Part shown: piece by piece, positions 1 through 9,276 of the stretch
How positions within the stretch are numbered: the stretch's first letter is position 1
How the letters are laid out: every line of letters begins with the position of its first letter
NCBI GenBank assembly: GCA_963803805.1
Contig: CAWDOD010000011.1
Span: forward strand, 96,001 to 160,000
From: an uncultured cyanobacterium
GTDB taxonomy: Bacteria; Cyanobacteriota; Cyanobacteriia; Cyanobacteriales; CAWCAG01
DNA: 64,000 nucleotides
Reading direction: 5' to 3'
The notes under the pieces: model-generated
What the model saw: only the letters and a program-made list of their open reading frames with translations
What the model was told of the DNA's origin: nothing
The model's database searches: none
Program-made: the position numbers and the translations under genes

Positions 1-2
1 AT

Positions 3-2798
3 CGCCAAACCCTCAAAGTTGGTTTCTTTGGCAGTACTCTAATTGGCTCCCAACCAGAATTAGTTAAGAGGTTTGTTAACCAAAGTTTAGGCAAGCTAAT
101 TCTCGGCTGTCTATTTGTTTTTTGTGGTTTTGTACCTTTACTATTTGCTTTAGTTAAAACGACAGAATCTCTCTATTTATCTTTCGGTGTTTTAACTTTT
201 GTCATTGGTATTTATACAATTTCTGGATCAGAATTAGCTCGCTTTTTGGTTTACCATCCCTCGCTATGGTCATTTCTCCATTATACTAGCTTTCATCTTA
301 TACCTTGCATTGTTATTGTCTTTTTTGAGCAGGTTTTCGGTTCGGGCTATAAAAATATTATTCGCAAATTATGGCAGATTCAGCTAGCTTATACAGCTTG
401 CGTATTAGTTTTAGCTAGTAGCGGTTTGGTGGCTTGGTATTATACTTTTTACCCAACGCAGATTTTGGGTATTGTTAGTGCCTTGGTTTTGATTTTTACA
501 GCTTTAAAAACCCAAGATAGAGACAGTATAGAAGTAAATTTATTTACCACTGGTTTCACAATATTTTTAATCACTGTTATTCATGATATTTTAAGCTATG
601 TTTTCTTGTCTTTCCCTTGGTATTTAACTATCTATCCTTGGGGAATGTTTGTTTTTATCATCTTCTTAGCCTTCATTTTAGAAAGACGTTTCACAGAGGC
701 AAAAAAACAACTACAAAAGTATGCTGTAGAAATGGAAGTAAAAAATACAGCTTTGCAGCGTTTAGACAAGCTTAAAGATGATTTCTTAGCTAACACTTCC
801 CACGAACTAAGAACACCCCTTAATGGCATTATTGGCCTAGCTGAATCTTTAGTAGATGGAGTAACAGGGAAACTTCCTAATCAAACTTTATTTAACCTCT
901 CACTAATTATTTCTAGTGGCAAAAGACTTACTCAACTAGTTAATGATTTACTTGATTTTTCTAGATTAAAACATCAAAACATTCAATTACAACTTAAAAA
1001 TATTGGTATGCGGGAGATCGCCGAAATAATATTAACAATTTCCCGCAGTTTGGTTGGAGACAAGGACATCAAGTTGATTAATAAAATTTCTCCTGATCTA
1101 CCCCTAGTTATTGCTGATGAAAATCGAGTTCAACAAATTCTTTTTAACTTAGTTGGTAATGCTATTAAGTTTACTGAATCTGGGACAGTAGAGATTAAAG
1201 CTAAAGTTACTGAGCAACATTTATCCATAGCTGTTACTGATACAGGTATTGGTATACCAGCTAATAAATTAAACCGTATCTTCCAGCCTTTTGAGCAAGC
1301 TAACGGCTCAATTTCTAGGCAGTATGGTGGTACAGGTTTAGGTTTAGCTGTAACTAAGCAATTAGTGGAACTTCACCAGGGTGAGATTAAAGTTAGATCA
1401 GTTTTAGGAGAAGGTTCTCGCTTTATTTTCACCCTTCCCCTAGCTACAGAAGTAGAAGAGAAAGATACTCCTCAAGATGAATTTGATAGTTCTCAAGACT
1501 TGTCTCCAATTAGTGGTTTAGTTGTTCATAATAATGAAGAAGACGCAATTGAATCAGAAATTATTGTTAAACCCAATCAAGGACAATTTAAAGTCTTAAT
1601 TGTTGATGACGAACAGGTTAATCGTCAAGTTCTAACCAATCATCTTTCTCTTCATAATTATGCAATTACTCAAGTTGTTAATGGGGAAGAAACCCTTGAT
1701 TTAATTAATCAAGGCTTCAAGCCAGATATCATTTTACTTGATGTTATGATGCCCAAAATTACTGGATACGAAGTATGCCAGCAAATTCGTCAAACTTACT
1801 CCGCAGCAGAGTTGCCAATTATTTTATTGACTGCTAAAAATCAAGTCTCTGATTTGGTAGAAGGCTTTTTATATGGGGCTAACGACTATATGGCTAAGCC
1901 TATTTCTAAAAATGAGTTATTAGCAAGAATGAAAACTCATATTCAGCTTGCAAAAATTAATGTTGCTACTAGTCGTTTTGTACCTCACGAGTTTTTGGAA
2001 TTTTTAGGTAAAGAGAGTATTTCTGATGTTAAATTAGGGGATCAAGTTCAGCAAGAGATGACTATTCTTTTTTCTGATATTCGTTCTTTTACCACTATCT
2101 CAGAAAGAATGTCTCCGAAAGAAAACTTTGACTTCCTCAATGCCTATTTAAGTAAAGTTGGGCCAGTTATTCGTAATCATCAAGGCTTTATTGATAAATA
2201 TATTGGCGATGCGATTATGGCCCTATTTCCTGAAAGCAGCGATGATGCTTTACAAGCAGCTATGGCGATGCAAAAACAGGTGGAGGTTTACAACGAAGAA
2301 AGTATTAGCAAAGGCTATCCTCGCATTAATATTGGCATCGGTTTACATTCTGGAACTTTGATGTTAGGAACTATTGGCGAACAAGAACGAATGGAAAGTA
2401 CAGTGATTTCTGATGCTGTTAATTTAGCTTCTCGCTTAGAAGGATTAACTAAGAGTTACGGCGCTAGTTTATTGGTTTCAGAACATACTATTTTCAACCT
2501 TGAAGAACCTGAAAAATATGCCAGCAGATTTTTAGGCAGGGTAAGGGTAAAAGGCAAAAGGGAACCAGTGGGGGTGTTTGAAATTTATGAAGCAGATCCT
2601 GAAGCTCTTAAGGAATTTAAAACTAAAACTCGTGCTAGTTTTGAACAAGCAGTTATTTTTTATTACCAAGAACAATTTGCTCAAGCTTGGTACGCTTTTA
2701 AGGAATTATTACAAGAAAACGTCCAAGATCGGGTTTTACAAGCCTACGTTAAGCGTTGTGAGAAAATTTTGCGCCACAAGGGGGAGGAAACTTTTTAA
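3..2798 (+). CDS. Membrane-bound hybrid sensor: multi-TM input, HisKA, HATPase, REC and class III adenylate cyclase (5' end lies outside window)
   Basis: Frame is open from position 3. H-box FLANTSHELRTPL, N-box NLVGNAIKFT, G-boxes DTGIGI and GGTGLGL, REC LLDVMMP, cyclase FSDIRSFT / DKYIGDA / DAVNLASRLE. Confidence 0.9.
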   Translation, partial: RQTLKVGFFGSTLIGSQPELVKRFVNQSLGKLILGCLFVFCGFVPLLFALVKTTESLYLSFGVLTFVIGIYTISGSELARFLVYHPSLWSFLHYTSFHLIPCIVIVFFEQVFGSGYKNIIRKLWQIQLAYTACVLVLASSGLVAWYYTFYPTQILGIVSALVLIFTALKTQDRDSIEVNLFTTGFTIFLITVIHDILSYVFLSFPWYLTIYPWGMFVFIIFLAFILERRFTEAKKQLQKYAVEMEVKNTALQRLDKLKDDFLANTSHELRTPLNGIIGLAESLVDGVTGKLPNQTLFNLSLIISSGKRLTQLVNDLLDFSRLKHQNIQLQLKNIGMREIAEIILTISRSLVGDKDIKLINKISPDLPLVIADENRVQQILFNLVGNAIKFTESGTVEIKAKVTEQHLSIAVTDTGIGIPANKLNRIFQPFEQANGSISRQYGGTGLGLAVTKQLVELHQGEIKVRSVLGEGSRFIFTLPLATEVEEKDTPQDEFDSSQDLSPISGLVVHNNEEDAIESEIIVKPNQGQFKVLIVDDEQVNRQVLTNHLSLHNYAITQVVNGEETLDLINQGFKPDIILLDVMMPKITGYEVCQQIRQTYSAAELPIILLTAKNQVSDLVEGFLYGANDYMAKPISKNELLARMKTHIQLAKINVATSRFVPHEFLEFLGKESISDVKLGDQVQQEMTILFSDIRSFTTISERMSPKENFDFLNAYLSKVGPVIRNHQGFIDKYIGDAIMALFPESSDDALQAAMAMQKQVEVYNEESISKGYPRINIGIGLHSGTLMLGTIGEQERMESTVISDAVNLASRLEGLTKSYGASLLVSEHTIFNLEEPEKYASRFLGRVRVKGKREPVGVFEIYEADPEALKEFKTKTRASFEQAVIFYYQEQFAQAWYAFKELLQENVQDRVLQAYVKRCEKILRHKGEETF

Positions 2799-2857
2799 GT
2801 AATTAAGTGGAAAACTAGCGAAAGGAGAAATATTAAGATTCCTTGTCTTAAGGGAAT

Positions 2858-2895
2858 TATGAAAAGATTATGAGATTATGAGATAATTATGAAAG
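2858..2895 (+). promoter_or_regulatory. ManR-type direct-repeat operator upstream of mntC
   Basis: TATGAAAAGATTATGAGAT-TATGAGAT-AAT-TATGAAAG. Four TATGA(A/G)A units resembling the known ManR site TATGAAAAGAATATGAGAA. Confidence 0.75.
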
Positions 2896-2925
2896 ACAGA
2901 ATTATTTGCATAAAATTTAGTCTTC

Positions 2926-3912
2926 ATGGCAAAACCTTTATTTTTAAAAGGGTGGATATTAATCTCTGGGATAGTTTTAACTTTGTGCTTAGCAGGTTGT
3001 AATGCTTCTAGGGAGATAACTTCTCCATCAACTGAGTCTGATCGTTCTGGAGTAGCTACAGATCAAGGCACAGATACTCAAGGAAAAAAGGAAGTAGTTA
3101 CTACCTTTACTATCCTTGCAGATATGGCTCGTAATGTAGCTGGAGATAAGCTACAAGTAGATTCTATCACTCGCATCGGAGCAGAAATTCACGGTTATGA
3201 ACCAACCCCTAGTGACATCATCAAAGCTGAAAATGCAGACTTGATTCTCTACAATGGTATGGATTTGGAGAGGTGGTTTGAACAGTTTTACAATAATTTA
3301 GATGATGTGCCTTCGGTACTTCTTACAGAAGGAATAGAAGCAATGCCCATTGCGGAAGGGCCTTATGAAGATAAGCCGAATCCTCATGCTTGGATGTCTC
3401 CACAAAACGCTTTAATCTATGTAGAAAATATTCGCAAGGCCTTTGTAGAAATTGATCCTGACAATGCAGCTACTTACAATGCTAATGCAGCAGCCTATAG
3501 TGAAAAGCTGAAGGACATTGACAAAAAACTGCAAAGAAATTTAGACCGTTTGCAGTCAAACCAGCGTTATTTAGTCAGTTGCGAGGGGGCATTTTCTTAC
3601 CTTGCCAGGGATTATGAACTCGAAGAGATTTATATGTGGCCTATTAACGCCGAACAACAGTCTACTCCAAAGCAGATTCAAGGGGTGATTGAAAAAGTTA
3701 AAGAGAATTCTATTCCTACAGTGTTCTGTGAAAGTACCGTTAGTAGTAAAAGCCAAGAAGAAGTTGCTAAGGAAACTGGGGCAAGGTTTGGAGGCAATCT
3801 TTATGTTGATTCTCTCTCTACTAAAGATGGCCCTGTACCCACTTTTCTCGACTTATTAGAATATGATGCCCAAACTATTACAAATGGGCTTTTGGTTAGT
3901 GATGCCTTGTGA
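2926..3912 (+). CDS. mntC: Mn ABC transporter substrate-binding lipoprotein
   Basis: Lipobox LAGC; AEIHGYEPTPSD, NPHAWMS, CEGAFSY and LYVDSL metal-ligand motifs. Confidence 0.9.
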   Translation: MAKPLFLKGWILISGIVLTLCLAGCNASREITSPSTESDRSGVATDQGTDTQGKKEVVTTFTILADMARNVAGDKLQVDSITRIGAEIHGYEPTPSDIIKAENADLILYNGMDLERWFEQFYNNLDDVPSVLLTEGIEAMPIAEGPYEDKPNPHAWMSPQNALIYVENIRKAFVEIDPDNAATYNANAAAYSEKLKDIDKKLQRNLDRLQSNQRYLVSCEGAFSYLARDYELEEIYMWPINAEQQSTPKQIQGVIEKVKENSIPTVFCESTVSSKSQEEVAKETGARFGGNLYVDSLSTKDGPVPTFLDLLEYDAQTITNGLLVSDAL

Positions 3913-3999
3913 TAATAGCAAACAGTGAGGGAGGGTTCTGTTAAATCTCTATTGTTATCTGCAATCTCTGACATCAGACTGATAAATCTTTAATGTTCA

Positions 4000-4785
4000 A
4001 TGTTTAATGTTAATGATATGACTCAAACTTTAGGAATAACTGTTAATAATCTTAGTATCACTTATAACAATGCCCGTCTTGCTCTTTATGATACTAGTTG
4101 CTATATTCAACCGGGTACAATTACTGGCTTAGTAGGACCTAATGGCGGTGGTAAATCCACTTTGTTTAAGGCCATTATGGGCTTTTTAGAACCTAATCAA
4201 GGGTGCATTAGAGTTGAGGGTTTGCCCATTGCTAAAGCACAGAAGAAACAAATGATGGCTTATGTTCCTCAAGCTGATGAGGTGGATTGGAACTTTCCGG
4301 TAAGTGTCTCAGATGTTGTGATGATGGGGCGCTACGGCTATATGAATATTTTACGCATTCCCCAAGTTAAGGATCGCCGTTTAGTACAAGAAAGTTTGGC
4401 ACGAGTAGGAATGACAGAGTTTCGTGATCGCCAAATTGGAGAACTTTCTGGGGGACAGAAGAAACGGGCTTTTTTAGCTAGGGCATTAGCCCAAGAAAGT
4501 AGGATTATGTTGTTAGATGAACCTTTTACTGGGGTAGATATCAACACCGAAAAAAGCATCATTGATTTATTGCTACAATTGCGAGATGCAGGACATACTA
4601 TTTTAGTTTCTACCCATGATTTGGCCTCAATTTCTACCTTTTGCGATCGCGTCATTTTGCTTAACCAAACTATCCTTGCTGCTGGTACAACAGAAGAAGT
4701 TTTTACTAAAGATAATTTAGCTATGACTTTCGGCGGTTTGCCTACAACCAGCATTAGGGATCGTCTTAAATGTCAAGAAGAATAG
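4000..4785 (+). CDS. mntA: Mn ABC transporter ATP-binding subunit (start may be 4018)
   Basis: Walker A GPNGGGKST, LSGGQKKR, LLDEP and STHDL; follows mntC. Confidence 0.88.
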   Translation: MFNVNDMTQTLGITVNNLSITYNNARLALYDTSCYIQPGTITGLVGPNGGGKSTLFKAIMGFLEPNQGCIRVEGLPIAKAQKKQMMAYVPQADEVDWNFPVSVSDVVMMGRYGYMNILRIPQVKDRRLVQESLARVGMTEFRDRQIGELSGGQKKRAFLARALAQESRIMLLDEPFTGVDINTEKSIIDLLLQLRDAGHTILVSTHDLASISTFCDRVILLNQTILAAGTTEEVFTKDNLAMTFGGLPTTSIRDRLKCQEE

Positions 4786-4845
4786 GGAAAGTTGAAATTA
4801 TTGAGTTACGACAATAAGATTATTTGATTGAATTGTAACTCTTTA

Positions 4846-4870
4846 AAAACTTGCTCTTTGAGCAAGTTTT
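4846..4870. terminator. Perfect 11-bp hairpin, probable bidirectional terminator between convergent genes
   Basis: AAAACTTGCTC-TTT-GAGCAAGTTTT. Confidence 0.6.
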
Positions 4871-4972
4871 GGTTCATTATTCACCATGTAAAATAATAAA
4901 TAAAGGTAATAATACATCACTTTTTAAGTAAGTGCAGTATGGTTAACTAATTATGAACATAGGCTGAAGAAA

Positions 4973-6124
4973 CTAACCCATAACCATTAATAATTTCTCA
5001 ATCTCTTCGGGTAAAGTGAAATAATGAACACAGGCGCGAATACAATCAGGATCGGCAATAGTTCTGAGTAGGAAACCTTGCTTTTCTAACTCTTGAACAA
5101 AGGTTTGATGAGATTTCCCCTCTGTGATCTCGAAAGAAACTAAACCTGCTTCGGGAGGGAAATTAGACAAACATCTTACTCCTTTTATTTTCCTTAAGCC
5201 TTCCCAAAGATACTTACTTAACTCACAGATTTTCTCATGACGTTTTTGAGGAGTTCCCCAAGTAGAATGAATGGCGATCGCCTCTTGTAAGCCAAGATAC
5301 TGAGGATAGGCAGAAGTTGCCACCTCATAACGCTGCCCATCGTTTTTCCAACCTGTGGGTTGTCCCTTTTGATCAACCTCTACCCCCCGCCAACCGATGA
5401 AGGTAGGAGCAAGGCTAGATTGAGTTTCTGGACGTACATACAGCCCTCCCACACCCTGGGGGCCACACAGCCATTTATGTCCTGTGAAGGCATAAAAATC
5501 TGCTTCTAACTCCGTTAAATTTAAGGGCAAACAACCCACAGATTGGGCAGCATCAACCAAAACCCTCACTGGTTTTTCCCCTGGATAGTTATGGCAAAGT
5601 TGAACAATTTCTTTCAAAGGTAAAACCTGCCCTGTATTCCATAACAAATGGCTTAATACCACTAAACGGGTTTTCGGAGTTAAATATTGGGCAATTAATT
5701 CTGTAGGATTACCTTCATTAAGGGTTGCCATGAGGGGAAAAACAACCATTTCCACCCCAAAACGGCGACAAATTTCTTGCACTGCTGCAATCACCCCAGG
5801 ATGTTCACAATCGCTAATCACAATGCCGTCCCCTGGTTGCCAATCTAAACCCCAAAGGGCAATATTACAACCTGCTGTCACATTTTCTGTTAAGGTAATT
5901 GCCTCTAGCGGTGAATTCAATTCAGTAGCGATCGCCTCTCTAGTTGCCGTAACTTGTTCTTTAATCCAACCATTAATCTTGATACCAAAAGGCCCTTCTT
6001 GATCGATATATTCATAGCCCCTGATAATTGTCCGAAAAGCGGTTTTAGGCAGGGGCCCCTGTCCCCCAAAATTAAAGTAAACTTTATTAGCAAGGGCAGG
6101 AAAGTTTTGTCGATATTGTTCCAT
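4973..6124 (-). CDS. L-cysteine/cystine lyase (C-DES-like, class V PLP enzyme)
   Basis: FPALANKVYFNFGGQG, VDAAQS, TGHKW (PLP Lys) and IRACVHYF. Start reassigned to ATG 6124 to avoid overlap with the pit-like gene. Confidence 0.85.
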   Translation of the reverse strand: MEQYRQNFPALANKVYFNFGGQGPLPKTAFRTIIRGYEYIDQEGPFGIKINGWIKEQVTATREAIATELNSPLEAITLTENVTAGCNIALWGLDWQPGDGIVISDCEHPGVIAAVQEICRRFGVEMVVFPLMATLNEGNPTELIAQYLTPKTRLVVLSHLLWNTGQVLPLKEIVQLCHNYPGEKPVRVLVDAAQSVGCLPLNLTELEADFYAFTGHKWLCGPQGVGGLYVRPETQSSLAPTFIGWRGVEVDQKGQPTGWKNDGQRYEVATSAYPQYLGLQEAIAIHSTWGTPQKRHEKICELSKYLWEGLRKIKGVRCLSNFPPEAGLVSFEITEGKSHQTFVQELEKQGFLLRTIADPDCIRACVHYFTLPEEIEKLLMVMG

Positions 6125-6230
6125 GAAAGAATAAGTAATAAGTGATAAGTAATTAACTAATAAACTAATAAGTAACAATATTATTGCAAAGGCGCTCTCT
6201 CCACCAGCCCCACTACCCCTACTTCCCCAG

Positions 6231-7472
6231 ATGCTCCCACTGCCACTCATCTTAACCATACTACTCGCCTTCTACGTCGCTTGGAACTTGGGGGCTAACG
6301 ATGTCGCTAATTCCATGGGAACCTCCGTTGGTTCCAAAGCCCTTACCTTAACCCAAGCCATTATCATTGCTGGGGTGCTAGAGTTTACTGGTGCAGTGCT
6401 TTTTGGTCAAAAAGTATCTGCTACCTTAGCTACAGAAGTAGCCAATCCTGAACTTTTTGCTGCAAACCCCCAAGTATTTTTAGTGGGGATGATTTCTGTG
6501 TTGATCGCCGTGGGAACCTGGCTGCAAATCGCCACTAGCAAAGGTTTACCCGTCGCCACATCCCATGCTGTAGTGGGTGCGATCGCCGGGTTTAGTTGGT
6601 TAGCTGTAGGAGTTGATGCTATAGCTTGGAGAAGCATTGGTATTATTAGCCTTGCTTGGGTTATTACCCCGGTGGTTAGTGGTATTGTTGCTGCTTTGTT
6701 CTACAGCATAATTAAGCAAGGCATATTAGATCACGATGATTCTTTAGCTGCCCTAGAAGAATGGATTCCTTGGTTGAGTGCCATTCTTCTAACAGTATTT
6801 GGTGTCATTGTTTTACCAAGTTTGTTCGATCAACCAATATTTACCTCCCTGCCATTACCAACCCATGATTTTTCTCTAGCAACAGGGGCGATCGCCGCAT
6901 TGGGGCTAAGTTTATTTAGCTGGGATAGTTTAGCTAAATTGCGAGTTCAAAAGCAGGACAACTTAGTAGAAAAGCAACTTGGTAAATTCCAGGTTTTAAG
7001 CGCCTGTTTCGTTGCCTTTGCCCATGGTTCCAACGATGTTGGCAATGCGATCGCCCCTTTAGCAGTGATCGCCTATATTTTTAAAACCAATACTGTTCCC
7101 ATCAACAACCTAGACGTACCGGAGTGGATTCTTATTCTAGGGGGCTTAGGCATCGTCGCCGGGTTAGCCATACAGGGTAAAAATGTCATTACTACCGTGG
7201 GTGAAGATATTATCCCTTTACAACCAAGTAGTGGGTTTTGCGCTGAGATTGCCACGGCTGCTACCATTTTAGTAGCTTCTCGCTTAGGTTTACCGGTATC
7301 TACTTCCCATGCCCTGGTAGGTGGTGTTGTTGGTATTGGTTTATTACAAAACTGGCGTAAAGTTCGTTTCCAAACTCTCAAATCTGTAGCTTTTGCTTGG
7401 TTGTTCACTCTTCCTTTTTCAGGTATTTTGGCAGCTATTTGCTTTGTAATTTTACGTTATTTCTTTTTATAA
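6231..7472 (+). CDS. PiT-family inorganic phosphate transporter
   Basis: Two signature repeats GANDVAN and HGSNDVGN; PVATSH and PVSTSH. Confidence 0.9.
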   Translation: MLPLPLILTILLAFYVAWNLGANDVANSMGTSVGSKALTLTQAIIIAGVLEFTGAVLFGQKVSATLATEVANPELFAANPQVFLVGMISVLIAVGTWLQIATSKGLPVATSHAVVGAIAGFSWLAVGVDAIAWRSIGIISLAWVITPVVSGIVAALFYSIIKQGILDHDDSLAALEEWIPWLSAILLTVFGVIVLPSLFDQPIFTSLPLPTHDFSLATGAIAALGLSLFSWDSLAKLRVQKQDNLVEKQLGKFQVLSACFVAFAHGSNDVGNAIAPLAVIAYIFKTNTVPINNLDVPEWILILGGLGIVAGLAIQGKNVITTVGEDIIPLQPSSGFCAEIATAATILVASRLGLPVSTSHALVGGVVGIGLLQNWRKVRFQTLKSVAFAWLFTLPFSGILAAICFVILRYFFL

Positions 7473-7563
7473 AATCTGGCATAAGTACAAATAAACCAAT
7501 TACTCTTTCCTATTCCCTCTTAAGAAACAACAGGGGAAGAAGAATAACCAGCTTTACAGCTTA

Positions 7564-8145
7564 TTAACAACACCATTGCTGAATAAACCAATCAATAACT
7601 AAACAAAGCTTTTCCTCTTGCGGTTCATAATACTTTTCGGTTGTAGCGAGGGGAAAAAAGTAACCGATTGAGTATAAAAACACTTCCAAATCCCGCTCTA
7701 AATCATCAATCTGGAAGACATATTTTTTCATACCTTCTTGTAATATTCCTAACACATTATTCCTTACCAACTTACCTTGTTCTTGCTGTAGTTTTGGTTG
7801 AAGTTGCATCACAGCCCTCGCCAATTCAGCAGAGTGAGATCCCCCTAGTCGTTCTTCTTGTACAGCCCGAAAGCGGTTGATTAGATAGTCCTTAAGTTTC
7901 TCGTCGGCAGGTTTGGATGAGTTTAAGATCCCCTCAGTAGCTGCTAAATGTTGTTGGGCATAAGCTTCAACAGTGGCAATGAGAATCTCGTTTTTATTCT
8001 TGAAGTATAGATACAAAGTCCCTACAGCAATACCAGCATCTTTGGCAATTTCTTTCATTGTCGTTTTCTGAACACCGTAGTGGTAAAGACGCTGTTTTGC
8101 TGCTTGCAAGATAGCTTCTCGCTTGGCGGCATCAAGTTTTTGCAT
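7564..8145 (-). CDS. TetR/AcrR-family regulator
   Basis: HTH segment TTMKEIAKDAGIAVGTLYLYFKNK; likely ATG 8145, just after the P450 stop. Confidence 0.9.
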   Translation of the reverse strand: MQKLDAAKREAILQAAKQRLYHYGVQKTTMKEIAKDAGIAVGTLYLYFKNKNEILIATVEAYAQQHLAATEGILNSSKPADEKLKDYLINRFRAVQEERLGGSHSAELARAVMQLQPKLQQEQGKLVRNNVLGILQEGMKKYVFQIDDLERDLEVFLYSIGYFFPLATTEKYYEPQEEKLCLVIDWFIQQWCC

Positions 8146-8152
8146 AGATTGG

Positions 8153-9069
8153 TTAAAGTTTTTTTCGCAGTTTAACTTTAATGCCATATTTCGGACGCAA
8201 AGTAAATCTGGGGTCTATTTCTATTGGTTGTTGAGGAACTAATTCTATGGCAAAACGTTGAGCGATCGCCGCGAGAATAATTGTTGCTTCCATGACAGCA
8301 AAGCTTTTACCAATACAGATATGTTCCCCTCCACCAAAAGGGAAGTAAGCAAACTTTGGCCTACTATTAACTTCATTAGGTAAAAAGCGCTCTGGATCAA
8401 ATTTATCTGGATTTGGCCAAAATTCAGGATGCCGGAAAATCAAACAATGGGCAATATTAAAAATTGTTCCTTTGGGAACGAAATAACCCTCAATCTCATC
8501 ATCCTCCCTTGCTATTCTGGGTTGTCCTAAACCGGGAGGATAAAGGCGCAAAGATTCATCAAAGACTCGCCGCTAATATCTAAGCTAAACAAAGTAAAAC
8601 TAACAATCTTTAAGGTCAATCGCATCATCTCAGCAGCAATATCTATAACTGTCTCATCAGGCTTTTCTGCCCATTCTTGCAGCAAAGATTCTGTGGAATT
8701 AACCATTGTCGAACTCAATTTAGCAATCTGCTTTTGATGGAAAGCCGGTTGCATTAAACGCCGATGCTGCAACCAAAATTCCCCTTCTGTGGTAAAAATC
8801 CCTTGACCAACTACTAAACTCATCGGCTTTTTAAAGACATCTGGCTTGCTGTATAGTTTCTGATGAGTAGAAAGTATATGTTCAGCATGGTTAGGATGGG
8901 CAGCTATGTAAAGAGTTAAACCAGGCATAGCCTGCAAGCGTACCAAGTCCCCATATTTTCGCCAAATACTGTTAAGGTATTCCAAAGGTTGATATTGAAA
9001 TTTTTGGGAAAGCTGAAATACTTGGTATCCTGATGGCCCTGGGGGTAATTGATGCTGAGTTTTTAACAT
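8153..9069 (-). pseudogene. Cytochrome P450 with internal deletion and frameshift
   Basis: N-part has PPGP and WLQHRRLMQPAF. It joins out of frame near 8565-8572 to a C-part with ESLRLYPP (ExxR), PERF and FGGGEHICIG. The I-helix region is absent. Confidence 0.85.
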
Positions 9070-9079
9070 AATGATTCAA

Positions 9080-9113
9080 AATGAATAATGAACAAAATAA
9101 TACATTATTCATT
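9080..9113. promoter_or_regulatory. Inverted repeat, candidate TetR operator of the P450-tetR operon
   Basis: AATGAATAATG-N12-CATTATTCATT, 10 bp upstream of the P450 ATG. Confidence 0.6.
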
Positions 9114-9276
9114 CTCGCAATATTATTATAAATTTTGCAACTGACAGGCGACCCAATTTAAACTCTGATTTGCAGATAATGTTTAGACAACTTGCCATTG
9201 TTATTAGGCATCATTGATAACTCATAACTCATAACTCATAACTGTAGGGCTTGCCCTTGTCGGAGACATCATTGAT

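Noticed and set aside
6125-6259. N-terminal extensions in the ORF track (also at 8187, 21498, 29384, 30826, 47082, 62698)
   Set aside because: They overlap neighbouring genes or repeats; family similarity begins at downstream ATGs.
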